A stretch of DNA of 64,000 nt from Vicinamibacteria bacterium (GCA_963578805.1 CAUZDY010000001.1:8043-72042); one strand, 5' to 3'; positions 29,101-42,679 are shown, numbered from the stretch's first letter. The notes: generated by a model from the sequence alone, not told the origin. Numbers and translations are program-made.

Positions 29101-30885
29101 ATGGAGAGAAGGGTTCTCCTCGCCGTCTTCTTGTCGTTTCTGGTTCTGTACGGGTATCAGGCGCTGTTTGTTCCAGCACCGCCACCTCAGGATTCCATTA
29201 CGCGCGAGGGTCTTCGGCAAGAAGACGAGCCGCCACCCGCTGCGTCTCCAGGTACACCGGTGCCACCAACTCCTCAACGTGGCCGAATCGCCGCCGTAGA
29301 GCGACCCACGACGGACCCTATCGTTTCCGACACAGTGTCACGTGACATCATCGTCGAGAGTGACTTCTTCCGGGCGGTGTTCGTAAATCGTGGGGCAGAA
29401 CTCGTCAGCTGGCAGCTCAAAGAGTATTTGACTGGTGGGCGACCGGTTGAGCTGGTTCTTCAGTCGCTTCCGTCGGAAGAACCCTGGCCATTTACGCTAG
29501 CGTTCGACGACGAAGACCTCACCTATCTGGCGAATGAAGCGCTCTTTCGGCCGAGCCATAACGAGCTACGCCTGTCCGGGTCACCTGAGACCCTGGTGTT
29601 TGACTATCAGGATGCCTCCGGGTTCTCGATCCGCAAGACCTTTACATTCGATCCAGTAACTAGCCCCTTCGTCCTCCGACTGACTGTCGAGGCGCGAGTA
29701 GGGGACGAGGTGCTCCACCCGGCCGTTCAATGGGGACCAGGGCTCGGCGGCGTGGAGGGTGGGGATTCCATGTTTGCGTTTAGGCAGGGCCCTCGGGGTT
29801 TGATGTATGGGCGGATCTCCGAAGGAGATGGACTACTCTCGGCGGATCCGTCGGTGGAGAGACCGGATCGAGCGGATGTCGCCGTGCAACCAGTCTATGA
29901 CGGCCTGCTCGACTTCGTTGGTGTGGACAACCATTACTTCGCCGCGGTGGCGTTGCCCGAGCAACAGCACATAGCGGCGATCTACCGTGCTGTGCAGCTC
30001 CCGCCACTGACACCAGACGGGGAGACACGCGACCTAATGGCCTTTGAGTTGCAGGCTCCAAACGGGATAAACGACGTCGCGTTCTTTCTCGGACCGAAGG
30101 ATTTTGAAATTCTCGAGAGCACTTCCTCGGCGTTAGTTCGTGCGATCGATTTCGGCTGGATGTCCGTGCTTGTCGTCCCGTTGTACCGCACCCTGAAGTG
30201 GGCCTATAGTTGGGTCGGCAACTACGGCTTCGCCATCATTCTCGTCACGGTCCTGGTCAACGTCATCATCTTCCCTCTGCGCCATAAGAGCGTCTCGTCG
30301 ATGCGTAAGATGCAGGAGATCCAGCCAGAGATGAAGGCCATACAGGAACGATTCGCGCACCTTAAGGCGACTGATCCTGAGAAGCAGAAGATGAACCAAG
30401 AGGTCATGGCGCTATATCGTGACCGTGGCGTTAACCCCGTGAGTGGCTGCTTACCGATGCTCCTCACGATGCCGATTCTCTTTGCGTTCTATCGTCTCTT
30501 GTCGATGGTGATCGAGCTTCGCGGCGCGCCCTTCGTTCTCTGGATCAACGATCTGTCTGTACATGACCCGTTCTACGTCACACCGGTCATCATGGGGGCG
30601 TCGATGGTCGTCCAACAACGGCTGACACCAGCACAGGGCGATCCGATGCAACAACGGATCATGATGTTAATGCCGATCATGTTCACGTTTATGTTCCTGT
30701 GGGCACCGAGCGGGCTGGTCATCTACTGGTTAACGAGCAACTTGCTTGGTATCGGACAACAATTAGTGACTTATCGGATTATTGGGCCTCCTAAAATTCG
30801 AACGATTCGCCCACCGGCCGAGCGACGAGTCAAAGTGAAAAAAAGCAAAAAAAAGGCTTCTGGTCCGCAGCCTGAGACGAAGTGA
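29101..30885 (+). CDS. yidC: Membrane protein insertase YidC (long periplasmic domain form)
   Basis: 594 aa. N-terminal TM helix, large periplasmic beta-domain, and a conserved C-terminal core (GFAIILVTVLVNVIIFPL, GCLPMLLTMPILFAFY). Confidence 0.93.
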   Translation: MERRVLLAVFLSFLVLYGYQALFVPAPPPQDSITREGLRQEDEPPPAASPGTPVPPTPQRGRIAAVERPTTDPIVSDTVSRDIIVESDFFRAVFVNRGAELVSWQLKEYLTGGRPVELVLQSLPSEEPWPFTLAFDDEDLTYLANEALFRPSHNELRLSGSPETLVFDYQDASGFSIRKTFTFDPVTSPFVLRLTVEARVGDEVLHPAVQWGPGLGGVEGGDSMFAFRQGPRGLMYGRISEGDGLLSADPSVERPDRADVAVQPVYDGLLDFVGVDNHYFAAVALPEQQHIAAIYRAVQLPPLTPDGETRDLMAFELQAPNGINDVAFFLGPKDFEILESTSSALVRAIDFGWMSVLVVPLYRTLKWAYSWVGNYGFAIILVTVLVNVIIFPLRHKSVSSMRKMQEIQPEMKAIQERFAHLKATDPEKQKMNQEVMALYRDRGVNPVSGCLPMLLTMPILFAFYRLLSMVIELRGAPFVLWINDLSVHDPFYVTPVIMGASMVVQQRLTPAQGDPMQQRIMMLMPIMFTFMFLWAPSGLVIYWLTSNLLGIGQQLVTYRIIGPPKIRTIRPPAERRVKVKKSKKKASGPQPETK

Positions 30886-30892
30886 GGACGAT

Positions 30893-31345
30893 GTGACAGA
30901 TGATCGCAACACGAGGATGGTTGACTTTGTGCTATCGGTAACGTCGGCGATGGGTCTTTCCGCGGAGGTGTCGATTGAACCGATCGAGGACGGTACCCGA
31001 ATCGTCGTCAACGGCGAGGATTGCCAGGTTTTGGTCAGGCGTAAAGCAGTAGCGCTGGATGCGCTTCAACACATTGTTAACGCCGCTTTCCGGCGTGAGC
31101 ACCCAGGACGACACATTGTTGTCGATAGCCTGGACTACCGCAAAGCCAAGGATGCTGAGCTGAGGGAAACGGCGAAGCTCCTGGCGGAGCGGGCCCGCGA
31201 GACTGGCGAACCGCAGGAAATTGGTCCATTGAATCCTTACGCCCGCCGAATCGTGCACCTGGCCCTTACGGAAGACCCCTTCGCGTCAACAGAGAGTATC
31301 GGTGATGCCTTTCTCAAGACCGTTGTGATTACCGCGGAGTCGTGA
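30893..31345 (+). CDS. jag: Jag/KhpB-like RNA-binding protein (KH + R3H)
   Basis: 150 aa. The C-terminal PLNPYARRIVHLALTEDPFASTESIG is an R3H motif, and the gene follows yidC. The Jag_N domain is absent. Confidence 0.8.
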   Translation: MTDDRNTRMVDFVLSVTSAMGLSAEVSIEPIEDGTRIVVNGEDCQVLVRRKAVALDALQHIVNAAFRREHPGRHIVVDSLDYRKAKDAELRETAKLLAERARETGEPQEIGPLNPYARRIVHLALTEDPFASTESIGDAFLKTVVITAES

Positions 31346-31364
31346 ACTAAGGACACCAGGCTAG

Positions 31365-32741
31365 ATGTATTCTCCCGACGACACGATCGTGGCGATCTCA
31401 ACGCCACCAGGGCGTGGCGGGATCGGGGTGGTCCGCATAAGCGGACCTAACGCGTTGGTCACCGTCCGGGCAATATTGCTTCGGACCCAGCCCCTTGAGC
31501 CGCGCCGCGCCACCGTCACCGCGGTCGTATCCCCGACCAGTGGACAGCGTGTCGACCGAGTCTTGGTCACGTATTTTCCAGAGCCTGCCTCTTATACCGG
31601 AGAAGACGTGGTCGAGATCAGCGGCCATGGCAGTCCGGTCTTGCTTCGACGAATTATCGACCTTGCCGTGTCTGCTGGAGCTCGACTCGCGGAGCCCGGG
31701 GAGTTCACGCTACGCGCATTTCTTAATGGACAGATCGATCTCGTTCAGGCCGAGGCGGTCGGCGATCTCATCAAGGCGGTCACACCCCTCCAAGCGCGAG
31801 CCGCGTTTGATCAGCTGGAGGGGACCATCACAAGACAGATCTCGGAGATAGAGAGTGCGTTGTTTGATCTCGTCACCCGACTCGAAGCCTCAGTCGATTT
31901 TCCGGAGGAGGGTTATCATTTCGTCGACGCCACAGCTGTGGGCGCCACCACGAATCAATTGATCAACCAGACCGAGCGGCTCCTCAGCGACTCGCAGCGG
32001 GGTCGGCTCCTGCGTGAAGGTGGCCAGGTCGTCATTTTAGGCAAACCGAATGTCGGCAAGTCGACACTGTTCAACCTTCTACTTGGTACGCCCCGCGCGA
32101 TTGTGACGGACGTGGCTGGAACAACACGCGACCTGCTGACCGAGACGCTGGATCTGAACGGCATTGCCGTTACGCTGGTTGACACCGCAGGCATGAGGTC
32201 GACCCGGGACGTAATCGAATCAGAGGGTGTGAACCGCGCGCGTGGTGCGCTGGACGTGGCCAGAGTCGTCATACTTGTGCTCGACCAATCACGGCCGCTG
32301 GAAGGTGACGACACCGGGCTACTCGATTTGACCCAGTCGGTCGACAGAGTCGTGGTCGTCAATAAGATCGACTTACCACCTGCGTGGACCAACGTCGACG
32401 TCACGACCGGCCCATGCACGGAGACAATCGTACGGATTTCCTTGATCGACGACGAAGGCGACGCCTGCACGCGAGTGTCCCAGGCTGTCGCCGATGTCTT
32501 ACTTTCCGGCGAGGAGTTACGTGACCCGCCGGCGATTACCAATCTCAGACACGTCGACTTACTGGAGCGAGCGCGCACGGCTCTCATGCGGGCCGCCGCC
32601 GCGGCCGCCGACAACGCCCCAGAGGAGCTTGTTCTCGCCGATCTTGCGGACGCGCAGCAAGCGCTCGGGGCCGTTACGGGTCAGCGCACACCAGAAGAAG
32701 TGCTTCATCGAATTTTCGAGGAGTTCTGCATAGGGAAATAG
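31365..32741 (+). CDS. mnmE: tRNA modification GTPase MnmE
   Basis: 458 aa. TIVAISTPPGRGGIGVVRISG; G-domain GKPNVGKSTLFN and DTAGMR; C-terminal FCIGK. Confidence 0.95.
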   Translation: MYSPDDTIVAISTPPGRGGIGVVRISGPNALVTVRAILLRTQPLEPRRATVTAVVSPTSGQRVDRVLVTYFPEPASYTGEDVVEISGHGSPVLLRRIIDLAVSAGARLAEPGEFTLRAFLNGQIDLVQAEAVGDLIKAVTPLQARAAFDQLEGTITRQISEIESALFDLVTRLEASVDFPEEGYHFVDATAVGATTNQLINQTERLLSDSQRGRLLREGGQVVILGKPNVGKSTLFNLLLGTPRAIVTDVAGTTRDLLTETLDLNGIAVTLVDTAGMRSTRDVIESEGVNRARGALDVARVVILVLDQSRPLEGDDTGLLDLTQSVDRVVVVNKIDLPPAWTNVDVTTGPCTETIVRISLIDDEGDACTRVSQAVADVLLSGEELRDPPAITNLRHVDLLERARTALMRAAAAAADNAPEELVLADLADAQQALGAVTGQRTPEEVLHRIFEEFCIGK

Positions 32742-32851
32742 TCGTGAATCGGCGGTGTCATTGGTCACGATTCGAAAAAAGACAGGAGAGCCATGCCGGT
32801 CCACATTTCGTGACCTTCGATCCCTGACCCACGACTGGTGATCCTCAACTC

Positions 32852-34696
32852 ATGCCCCACTACGACGTCATCGTGATCGGCGCCGGACATGCCGGCTGCG
32901 AGGCTGCGTACGCGGCGGCGCGAATCGGTCTCCAGGTCGGACTGTGTACCCTCTCGAATGACACCATTGCCCACATGCCGTGCAATCCTGCCGTGGGCGG
33001 CACGGCCAAAGGGCATCTTGTCCGAGAGATCGATGCTCTGGGTGGTTTGATGGCCCGAGCCATAGATGCCACAGGTATTCAGTTCAAGCTCCTGAATCGC
33101 AGTCGCGGCCCTGCCGTCTGGTCTCCGCGTGCTCAGGCTGACAAGCGGCGATACGGCGAATGGGTAAAAAATGAGCTCGAAAGTGAGCCTGGAGTCGAAT
33201 GGCTCATCGGTCGTGCTGGTTCCGTGCTGGTACGCGGCGGATCCGTCGTCGGTCTCGCCATGGAAGGCGGATCCTCAGCCGAAGTCTTCGCTTGTCGGGC
33301 GCTGGTGGTGACCACCGGGACTTTTCTCAACGGGCTGATTCATATTGGACCAGAGCAACGCTCGGCGGGACGACACGGTGAACCGGCCTCGCGGGATTTG
33401 TCGGAGTCTCTCAAGTCGCTGGGTCTGACGTGGGGCCGTCTTAAGACTGGTACCCCGCCTCGGCTCGACCGGCGCAGCATCGACTTTAGTCGTTTCCAGG
33501 AGTGCGCTGGGGATGAACCACCCGTGCCGTTCTCGTTTCTGACCGGCTGTATCGACAAACCGCAAGTGCTGTGTCATCTAACCCATACGACTGATGAAAT
33601 TCACCGGCTGGTGAGGTCACACATCAAAGATTCACCGTTGTACAACGGCCAAATTAAGGGGATAGGGCCGCGCTACTGTCCGTCGCTCGAAGACAAAGTC
33701 ATGCGCTTTCCCGAACGCGAGCGCCACCAGATCTTCCTTGAGCCAGAGGGCCGGGATGTCCACGAGACGTATGTCAACGGATTCTCAATGAGTCTTTCTC
33801 GCGACCTTCAGGCTGAGATTGTTCATGCGATTCCAGGTCTCGAAAACGCTGTCATGATCCGCCCAGGCTATGCGATCGAGTACGATTTTGTGCAGCCAAC
33901 TGAGCTCCATCCGACGCTAGAAACAAAACGAGTGGACGGTCTGTTTCTTGCGGGGCAGATCAATGGTACATCCGGATACGAAGAGGCTGCCGCGCAGGGG
34001 ATTCTGGCCGGCATCAACGCTGCACGGTGTATCCAGCGGCGGCGGCCGCTCGTTCTGGGACGCGACCAGGCCTACATTGGCGTCTTGGCCGACGACCTTA
34101 CAACCAAAGGATGTCTTGAGCCATACCGCATGTTTACTTCGAGGGCCGAGCATCGTCTTCTCCTTCGGATCGACAACGCCGATCTTCGGCTGACAGAGAT
34201 CGGCAGAAACGTGGGACTTGTTGATGACGAGCGGTGGGAAAATTTTCGGGAACGTCGATCGCGATACCAGCGGAACATGGCCGTCATAAAGAGGACGACG
34301 ATCACCGTCGAAGGAAAACGGATCCGGGCGTCGCAGGCGCTTCGCCGCCCAGGGCTTCATCTGCGCAATCTGGTTGGCCAGGGGAATCTCACCCTGGACG
34401 TTGCGGCGGGCCAGCCAGATGTGGATCTGGCGACAGTAGAGGCCGAGTGCAAATATGCTGGCTATCTGGCGCGGCAGCACGCAGCGGTCGAGCGCGGGCG
34501 GCAGCAAGAGGAACGAGCGATCCCTCGCGATTTCGTCTACTCTGGGGTTCCAGGTCTTTCGAACGAGGTTGTCCAGCGGCTCACCCAGGTTCAACCTCGA
34601 ACGCTTGGGCAGGCCGTTCGGATTTCTGGCGTTACACCGGCGGCCGTTGCGGTGATTGGAGCGTGCCTCGGTCGGAAGAAACCGAAGCTTGCCTGA
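32852..34696 (+). CDS. mnmG: tRNA uridine 5-carboxymethylaminomethyl modification enzyme MnmG (GidA)
   Basis: 614 aa. [19 protein letters not shown] motif; [23 protein letters not shown]. Confidence 0.96.
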   Translation: MPHYDVIVIGAGHAGCEAAYAAARIGLQVGLCTLSNDTIAHMPCNPAVGGTAKGHLVREIDALGGLMARAIDATGIQFKLLNRSRGPAVWSPRAQADKRRYGEWVKNELESEPGVEWLIGRAGSVLVRGGSVVGLAMEGGSSAEVFACRALVVTTGTFLNGLIHIGPEQRSAGRHGEPASRDLSESLKSLGLTWGRLKTGTPPRLDRRSIDFSRFQECAGDEPPVPFSFLTGCIDKPQVLCHLTHTTDEIHRLVRSHIKDSPLYNGQIKGIGPRYCPSLEDKVMRFPERERHQIFLEPEGRDVHETYVNGFSMSLSRDLQAEIVHAIPGLENAVMIRPGYAIEYDFVQPTELHPTLETKRVDGLFLAGQINGTSGYEEAAAQGILAGINAARCIQRRRPLVLGRDQAYIGVLADDLTTKGCLEPYRMFTSRAEHRLLLRIDNADLRLTEIGRNVGLVDDERWENFRERRSRYQRNMAVIKRTTITVEGKRIRASQALRRPGLHLRNLVGQGNLTLDVAAGQPDVDLATVEAECKYAGYLARQHAAVERGRQQEERAIPRDFVYSGVPGLSNEVVQRLTQVQPRTLGQAVRISGVTPAAVAVIGACLGRKKPKLA

Positions 34697-34717
34697 CTAT
34701 TGAGGCGGGTTCACGCA

Positions 34718-35377
34718 ATGTCAAGAAAGGCCGTGACCGTCAGAGACCGGATTGAGAAACGGGCTCGACGCGCTGGGATCGAAGTGTCCGGCACACTGGG
34801 TGCTCAGCTCACCGAGTACGTCGAACTCCTTCGCCACTGGAATGAGCGGATGAACTTGACTGCTCTGGACGATAAGGATGCCGGTCTCGACAGGTTGATC
34901 ATCGAACCGCTCGTAGCTGTTTCACACATACCTCGAAAGGGACGCGCGATAGACATTGGTTCGGGGGGTGGGTCACCGGCGATTCCCGTTAAGCTGGCGC
35001 TTCCGGCACTGTCACTGCTCATGGTTGAGTCGAAGACACGCAAGGCGGCATTCCTGAGGGAGGCTTGCCGGCAGCTGGAAATTAAGGACGTGACCGTTGA
35101 GACGGAGCGATATGAGGCACTGCTACCGCGGCCTGAGCTTCACGAGGCGTATGATCTGCTGACTCTACGGGCGGTTCGTATCGAGGCGCGAATACTGCGT
35201 GGACTGCAGGCATTCGTGAGGCCTGGGGGTGTTGTGGCGTTATTTCGCGGTGGCGGAGGAAGTGACGTTCCCGCAAATCTAGAGCCGCCGCTTGCTTGGC
35301 GGGCCACTTACCCGCTGGTCAGCACGCTTGGGAGTCGGCTGGTGGTTCTTGAGAAGCGCGATGTAGGTCGCCGATAG
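34718..35377 (+). CDS. rsmG: 16S rRNA (guanine527-N7)-methyltransferase RsmG (GidB)
   Basis: The track ORF starts at the TTG at 34700; the ATG at 34718 is more plausible. LLRHWNERMNLTAL and DIGSGGGSPAIP SAM motif. Confidence 0.88.
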   Translation: MSRKAVTVRDRIEKRARRAGIEVSGTLGAQLTEYVELLRHWNERMNLTALDDKDAGLDRLIIEPLVAVSHIPRKGRAIDIGSGGGSPAIPVKLALPALSLLMVESKTRKAAFLREACRQLEIKDVTVETERYEALLPRPELHEAYDLLTLRAVRIEARILRGLQAFVRPGGVVALFRGGGGSDVPANLEPPLAWRATYPLVSTLGSRLVVLEKRDVGRR

Positions 35378-35941
35378 ACGAATAAAATACGAAAGTATGT
35401 CGTCTCATACAGGTATCCATAACTTGACGATTCTCTTGAAGAACCTTGTTCTATTTGAATCCAGTACTTGTCCGGATCTATCCCGCTGTTGCTGGCTATG
35501 ATTCAGAAGTAGGTATCTGATCTGGCTAGCCCAAAGCTAATAAGAATATTGGATTAGCTATGAGCTGAAAGACTTAAATAAACCAGCTTGCAATGATGAA
35601 TACGGATGTCAGCATCCCTGCCTGTGGTGTTCGATAGATCGCACGGTTCAGGCATCATCGATAGCCAAGGACTGAAACACTCGGCAACACCCTAATTATG
35701 TCAACCGATTCCTAGACTGATCGACGTAAGCGTTGCCGGCTAACTTTTCCTCTCCTAGACTATGTGTCGTCGGTGTTATCAGACCGCCATGGGAACATCG
35801 ACCCAGGCGATGTGAACTTTTGGATGTCATATACTCTGTATCTCAAGGAATTCATTTAACCAAGCGACTCTAGTGATGAGAGAGTGATGTCACCAGTCGT
35901 TCGTCGCTCGTGGTAATTCCCATATTGTAGTCTCAAGTGAC

Positions 35942-35957
35942 TGTTCCACGTGGAACA
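35942..35957. promoter_or_regulatory. parS centromere-like site
   Basis: Perfect 16-bp palindrome TGTTCCACGTGGAACA. It differs from the canonical TGTTTCACGTGAAACA only at the symmetric T/C and A/G positions. It lies 140 bp upstream of parA. Confidence 0.8.
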
Positions 35958-36098
35958 TCTTGACCAAAGACAGCTGTGAGTGTAAGATCCAATAGGATCT
36001 GTACCAAATTGGTTGATAAACCTAATATATTTAGGTGTTTTAACCTAATTATTATATCTCTGGTGTTCTAGGAATGGGCTAATACTAAACCGAGCCTG

Positions 36099-36905
36099 AT
36101 GAAGAAGATCGTCGCGATTGCCAACCAAAAAGGCGGAGTGGGTAAGACGACGACCGCGATCAATCTTGCGGCGTCCCTGGCGCTGGCTGATCAGACTGTG
36201 CTACTGGTCGATCTGGATCCGCAATCGAACCTCACGAGTGGCATCGGCCTCAAGGGTCAAACAATCGCGGGTCGGACGGTTTATGACGCCCTGACAAGCG
36301 GATCGCCTCCAGCCCTGGATGCCTACGTGATGCCCACAGCGGTTAGTGGTCTCGCGCTAATTCCCTCCGATCACAATCTTACCGGGGCGGAGCTCGAGCT
36401 GATCAACCTCCCGAACCGCGAGTTCAGGTTGCGGTCGCTGCTTGAACAAGCGCGGAGCGATTTCGACTATGTGCTCATCGATACGCCACCCTCACTTGGT
36501 CTCCTCACACTCAACGCGCTTGTGGCAGCCGATGACGTTCTCATTCCGCTAACGTGCGAGTATTTCGCACTCGAAGGCGTGGCCGAGCTGATGGCGACGC
36601 TCAAACGTGTGCAAGGGTCACTCAATCGAGAACTTACGATCGCAGGGGTGCTACTGACGATGGCAGATCAGCGGACAAACCTGGGTCGGCAGGTCGCGCA
36701 GGAGGTTCGAACCTTCTTCAAGGACCGGGTTTTCGATACGACAATTCCGCGCAACATCCGACTTGGTGAGGCCCCGAGCCACGGGCTCCCGGTTATCCTG
36801 TACGACGTTCGTTCGAAAGGTGCCGAAGCGTACGTCGCCCTCGCCCGTGAAGTGCTGACCCCACATTCGACACCCGATTCGAAACCCGCGGTCACGGCAC
36901 TCTAG
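36099..36905 (+). CDS. parA: Chromosome partitioning ATPase ParA/Soj
   Basis: 268 aa. Deviant Walker A NQKGGVGKTTTAINLA; DLDPQSN. Confidence 0.93.
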   Translation: MKKIVAIANQKGGVGKTTTAINLAASLALADQTVLLVDLDPQSNLTSGIGLKGQTIAGRTVYDALTSGSPPALDAYVMPTAVSGLALIPSDHNLTGAELELINLPNREFRLRSLLEQARSDFDYVLIDTPPSLGLLTLNALVAADDVLIPLTCEYFALEGVAELMATLKRVQGSLNRELTIAGVLLTMADQRTNLGRQVAQEVRTFFKDRVFDTTIPRNIRLGEAPSHGLPVILYDVRSKGAEAYVALAREVLTPHSTPDSKPAVTAL

Positions 36906-36931
36906 TCTGGGACCGTACATGAGGAATAACG

Positions 36932-37822
36932 ATGCCTGAGAAACGTCCAGCTCTTGGCCGTGGGCTGAGCGCGCTGATCCCAGACGCGCCGAAAACGCCC
37001 ACCCGTGGGCCGGGATCCAGTAGCGCTCCGAACGAGGTCGACCTTGACCTTCTTCGCCCGAATGAAGAGCAGCCCCGAGCTGACATGGATGACGCGAGGC
37101 TGGATGACCTGGCCCGCTCGATCGGTGTCAGCGGCGTCATTCAGCCTATTTTGGTGCGACCTCGTTCTGAAGGCAGATACGAAATAGTAGCCGGGGAGCG
37201 GCGATGGCGGGCTGCCCAGCGAGCGGGACTGTTGCGTGTTCCCGTAATCGTCAAAGACATCCCGATCGAAAAAAGGCTTGAACTTGCGCTCGTTGAGAAC
37301 ATTCAACGGGAAAATCTCAATCCCATCGAAGAGGCGCGTGCCTACCGGCGACTTGCAGACCAGTTCCAGCGGACCCAGGAAGAAATCGCCCAGGCGGTGG
37401 GGAAGGATCGAGCGACTGTGGCCAACTACCAGCGGTTGCTGACGCTGCCAAGCGAGGTACAGGCTGATGTGGGTACTGGCGGTCTCAGTATGGGGCACGC
37501 ACGTGCGCTGATCGGATTGCCAAACCCGCCAACCCAACGTAGGGTCGCCCGAGACATCCGGGCGCGTGACTTATCAGTCCGAGAAACGGAAGCACTTGTC
37601 AAGAAATTGTTGACGCCGCAACCGGCGGCTAGTCCAGCCGTGGAGCGAGACGTGCACACCCGCGCCGCTGAAGAGCAGCTGCGTGTGGCGCTCGGCACTC
37701 GAGTGCGGATTTCCAGGGCGCGCCGTGGTGGCACAGTCAACATTCAGTTCAACTCGGAAGAAGAACTGCAGCGCCTGTATGAGAGACTCACAGCCCGCCC
37801 TGCTGGTCCGGACCATTCCTAG
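36932..37822 (+). CDS. parB: Chromosome partitioning protein ParB/Spo0J
   Basis: 296 aa. GLSALIP; ParB box IQPILVRP...YEIVAGERRWRAA; HTH segment QEEIAQAVGKDRATVAN. Confidence 0.93.
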   Translation: MPEKRPALGRGLSALIPDAPKTPTRGPGSSSAPNEVDLDLLRPNEEQPRADMDDARLDDLARSIGVSGVIQPILVRPRSEGRYEIVAGERRWRAAQRAGLLRVPVIVKDIPIEKRLELALVENIQRENLNPIEEARAYRRLADQFQRTQEEIAQAVGKDRATVANYQRLLTLPSEVQADVGTGGLSMGHARALIGLPNPPTQRRVARDIRARDLSVRETEALVKKLLTPQPAASPAVERDVHTRAAEEQLRVALGTRVRISRARRGGTVNIQFNSEEELQRLYERLTARPAGPDHS

Positions 37823-38102
37823 AGGAGGATTCTCGTGATTCGTAAAGCGATCGCCAGGGGCGCTGAATGCGCAAGTTTAGGGCTTAGGTCATCCCGTTTA
37901 GTCGCCGCGATCTCACCAGATCGCTCGCGCATCGGTTGTTTGATCGACGGGAAAACTAGAATCTCGGCTTGCTCCTCTCTGTCTTGAGTGGTATAAATTC
38001 CTGTTTGCCCTGCCGCGAACACTCCCAGTGGCTGGTTGCCTCCCCTCGCCACGCCTCGGTTTTCTTGATCGGCGATGAGGGGGCACACCGAAATCGGAGA
38101 CG

Positions 38103-38651
38103 ATGACAAATAGGGCTGCCGCAACGCGTTATGCTCGGGCGTTGCTCGAAGTGAGCCAGACGGATGCCGACCCCGAACGTGTCGAGCAGGAGCTATCGGC
38201 TTTTGTCGCCTTGACGGCGTCTCATCCAAGTCTCGCTCGAAGTCTTGTCAATCCAGGTATTCCGCTTTCCAGAAAGCGAGCCTTGATGACGGAGCTCCTC
38301 CCTCGACTGGGTGACATCTTACCGGTGACCCGCCGATTACTGGTGCTTCTCGCCGACAGGGACCGACTGTCCATTCTTGGAGAGATTCTTGACATGTATC
38401 GCGACCGGCTGATGGAGCTGCGGGGTGTCGTTCGAGCTCGGATTACGACCGCCTCTGAGCTTCCACCAGAGCGTCTTGCAGTCATTACAGCGACACTCGA
38501 GGGTGCGACTGGAAAGCAAGTGGATGTCGAGACTGAAATCGATGTCACGCTGTTGGGCGGTGTGGTGACCCAAATCGGGAGTACCGTGTATGACGGGAGC
38601 GTTGCAGGTCATCTCGCCCGACTCCGAAGCCGCTTTCTCAGCGAAGCCTGA
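38103..38651 (+). CDS. atpH: F1Fo ATP synthase subunit delta (OSCP)
   Basis: 182 aa. RYARALLEV...; C-terminal LLGGVVTQIGSTVYDGSVAGHLARL. Confidence 0.88.
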   Translation: MTNRAAATRYARALLEVSQTDADPERVEQELSAFVALTASHPSLARSLVNPGIPLSRKRALMTELLPRLGDILPVTRRLLVLLADRDRLSILGEILDMYRDRLMELRGVVRARITTASELPPERLAVITATLEGATGKQVDVETEIDVTLLGGVVTQIGSTVYDGSVAGHLARLRSRFLSEA

Positions 38652-38746
38652 CTATTTAACAACCGACGACTTACGACCAAGCGAAGCGTAACTATTTGCA
38701 ACCATCAAGGACCCTCAATCTGAGAGCTAGCGCCTAGGGCGACCCC

Positions 38747-40276
38747 ATGGATATCAGAGCCGACGAAATTTCGAAGATTATCAAGGACCAGCTTGGCGAC
38801 TACGCACTCGATGTTGATGTGACTGAAGTCGGAACGGTGGTGTCAGTTGGCGACGGCATCGCCCGTATCCACGGCATCGAAGGCGCGATGTCTACTGAAA
38901 TGCTTGAGTTTCCTGGTGGTGTGTACGGCATCGCCCTTAACCTGGAGGAGTCGAGCGTTGGTGCCGTCCTCCTCGGAGAGGCGACAACGATCAAGGAAGG
39001 TGACACCGTCAAGCGCACGGGTCGGATCATTTCTGTTCCCGTGGGCGACGAGCTGATCGGCCGCGTTGTGAATGCTCTTGGCCAGCCCATTGACGGCAAA
39101 GGACCACTTGGTTCGAGCCAGAATGCGCCGATTGAGAAAATTGCGCCGGGCGTCGTCGACCGCCAGCCGGTCAGGGAACCCTTACAGACAGGCCTTAAGG
39201 CGATTGACGCCATGGTGCCGATCGGACGCGGTCAGCGTGAGCTGATTATCGGTGACCGCCAGACGGGGAAAACGGCGGTGGCCGTCGACGCGATCATCAA
39301 CCAGAAGGGTCTTGACGTCATCTGCATCTACAACGCGATCGGGCAGAAGCAGTCGACCGTCGCGCAGGTGGTGAGGACGTTGGAAGAAAACGGCGCGATG
39401 GAATACTCGGTGGTCGTTGCGGCCGGGGCGTCTGACCCAGCGTCACAGCAATACATTAGCCCCTATTCGGCTTGTGCGATTGGCGAGTATTTCCGTGACG
39501 GCGGTCGGCATGCCCTGTGCGTCTACGACGACCTATCGAAGCATGCGCAGGCGTATCGGGAGATTTCATTACTGCTCCGCCGCCCCCCCGGCCGAGAGGC
39601 CTACCCAGGCGACGTATTTTATCTCCATTCTCGGCTACTGGAGCGCGCTGCCAAGCTCAGTGCGAATATGGGTGGGGGATCATTGACCGCGTTGCCGATT
39701 ATCGAGACTCAGGCTGGTGACCTGTCGGCGTATATTCCGACTAACGTAATTTCGATCACCGACGGACAGATCTTTCTCGAAAGTGATCTCTTTCATCAGG
39801 GTATCCGACCGGCGATCAACGTTGGAAACTCCGTGTCGCGCGTCGGAGGCTCGGCGCAGGTACGTGCGATGAGGCAGGTTGCCGGAACATTGAGGATCGA
39901 CCTCGCACAGTTCAGAGAACTCGAGGCTTTCGCGCAGTTTGGCAGTGACCTCGACAAGGCGACGCAGAACCAGCTTAACCGAGGCCGCCGTTTGGTCGAA
40001 ATTCTTAAACAGTCGCAGTACCAGCCGCTGGCCGTTGAGAAGCAGGTGCTGATCCTCTTCGCGGGCGCGAATGGGTATCTCGATGGCATCCAGGAATCTG
40101 ATGTTGCGGAGTACGAACGGCAGCTCTACGAATTCTTCGAGGTTCGCCACGCGGCTGTGATTCAGACGCTCAACGAACAGAAGAAGATGGATGAGGAGCT
40201 TACAGCCACGATTACGAACGCGGTCGGGGAGTTCACCACGCAGTTCGTCGAAGCACGCAAGGAAGCGATCGCCTAA
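38747..40276 (+). CDS. atpA: F1 ATP synthase subunit alpha
   Basis: 509 aa. [10 protein letters not shown] Walker A, with alpha-subunit motifs throughout. Confidence 0.97.
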   Translation: MDIRADEISKIIKDQLGDYALDVDVTEVGTVVSVGDGIARIHGIEGAMSTEMLEFPGGVYGIALNLEESSVGAVLLGEATTIKEGDTVKRTGRIISVPVGDELIGRVVNALGQPIDGKGPLGSSQNAPIEKIAPGVVDRQPVREPLQTGLKAIDAMVPIGRGQRELIIGDRQTGKTAVAVDAIINQKGLDVICIYNAIGQKQSTVAQVVRTLEENGAMEYSVVVAAGASDPASQQYISPYSACAIGEYFRDGGRHALCVYDDLSKHAQAYREISLLLRRPPGREAYPGDVFYLHSRLLERAAKLSANMGGGSLTALPIIETQAGDLSAYIPTNVISITDGQIFLESDLFHQGIRPAINVGNSVSRVGGSAQVRAMRQVAGTLRIDLAQFRELEAFAQFGSDLDKATQNQLNRGRRLVEILKQSQYQPLAVEKQVLILFAGANGYLDGIQESDVAEYERQLYEFFEVRHAAVIQTLNEQKKMDEELTATITNAVGEFTTQFVEARKEAIA

Positions 40277-40281
40277 GCATT

Positions 40282-42661
<2,380 letters not shown>

Positions 42662-42679
42662 CTGCCGCTTGGACGGAAC

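Noticed and set aside
35378-36098. Second replication origin in the rsmG-parA spacer (by analogy with gidA-linked oriC in enterobacteria).
   Set aside because: Only one weak DnaA-box-like 9-mer was found, whereas the dnaN-rpmH gap has seven boxes including a perfect one.
37819-38229. 136-aa minus-strand ORF spanning the parB-atpH gap and the start of atpH.
   Set aside because: It overlaps atpH antisense, is Arg/Pro-rich and has no motif. It is judged spurious.
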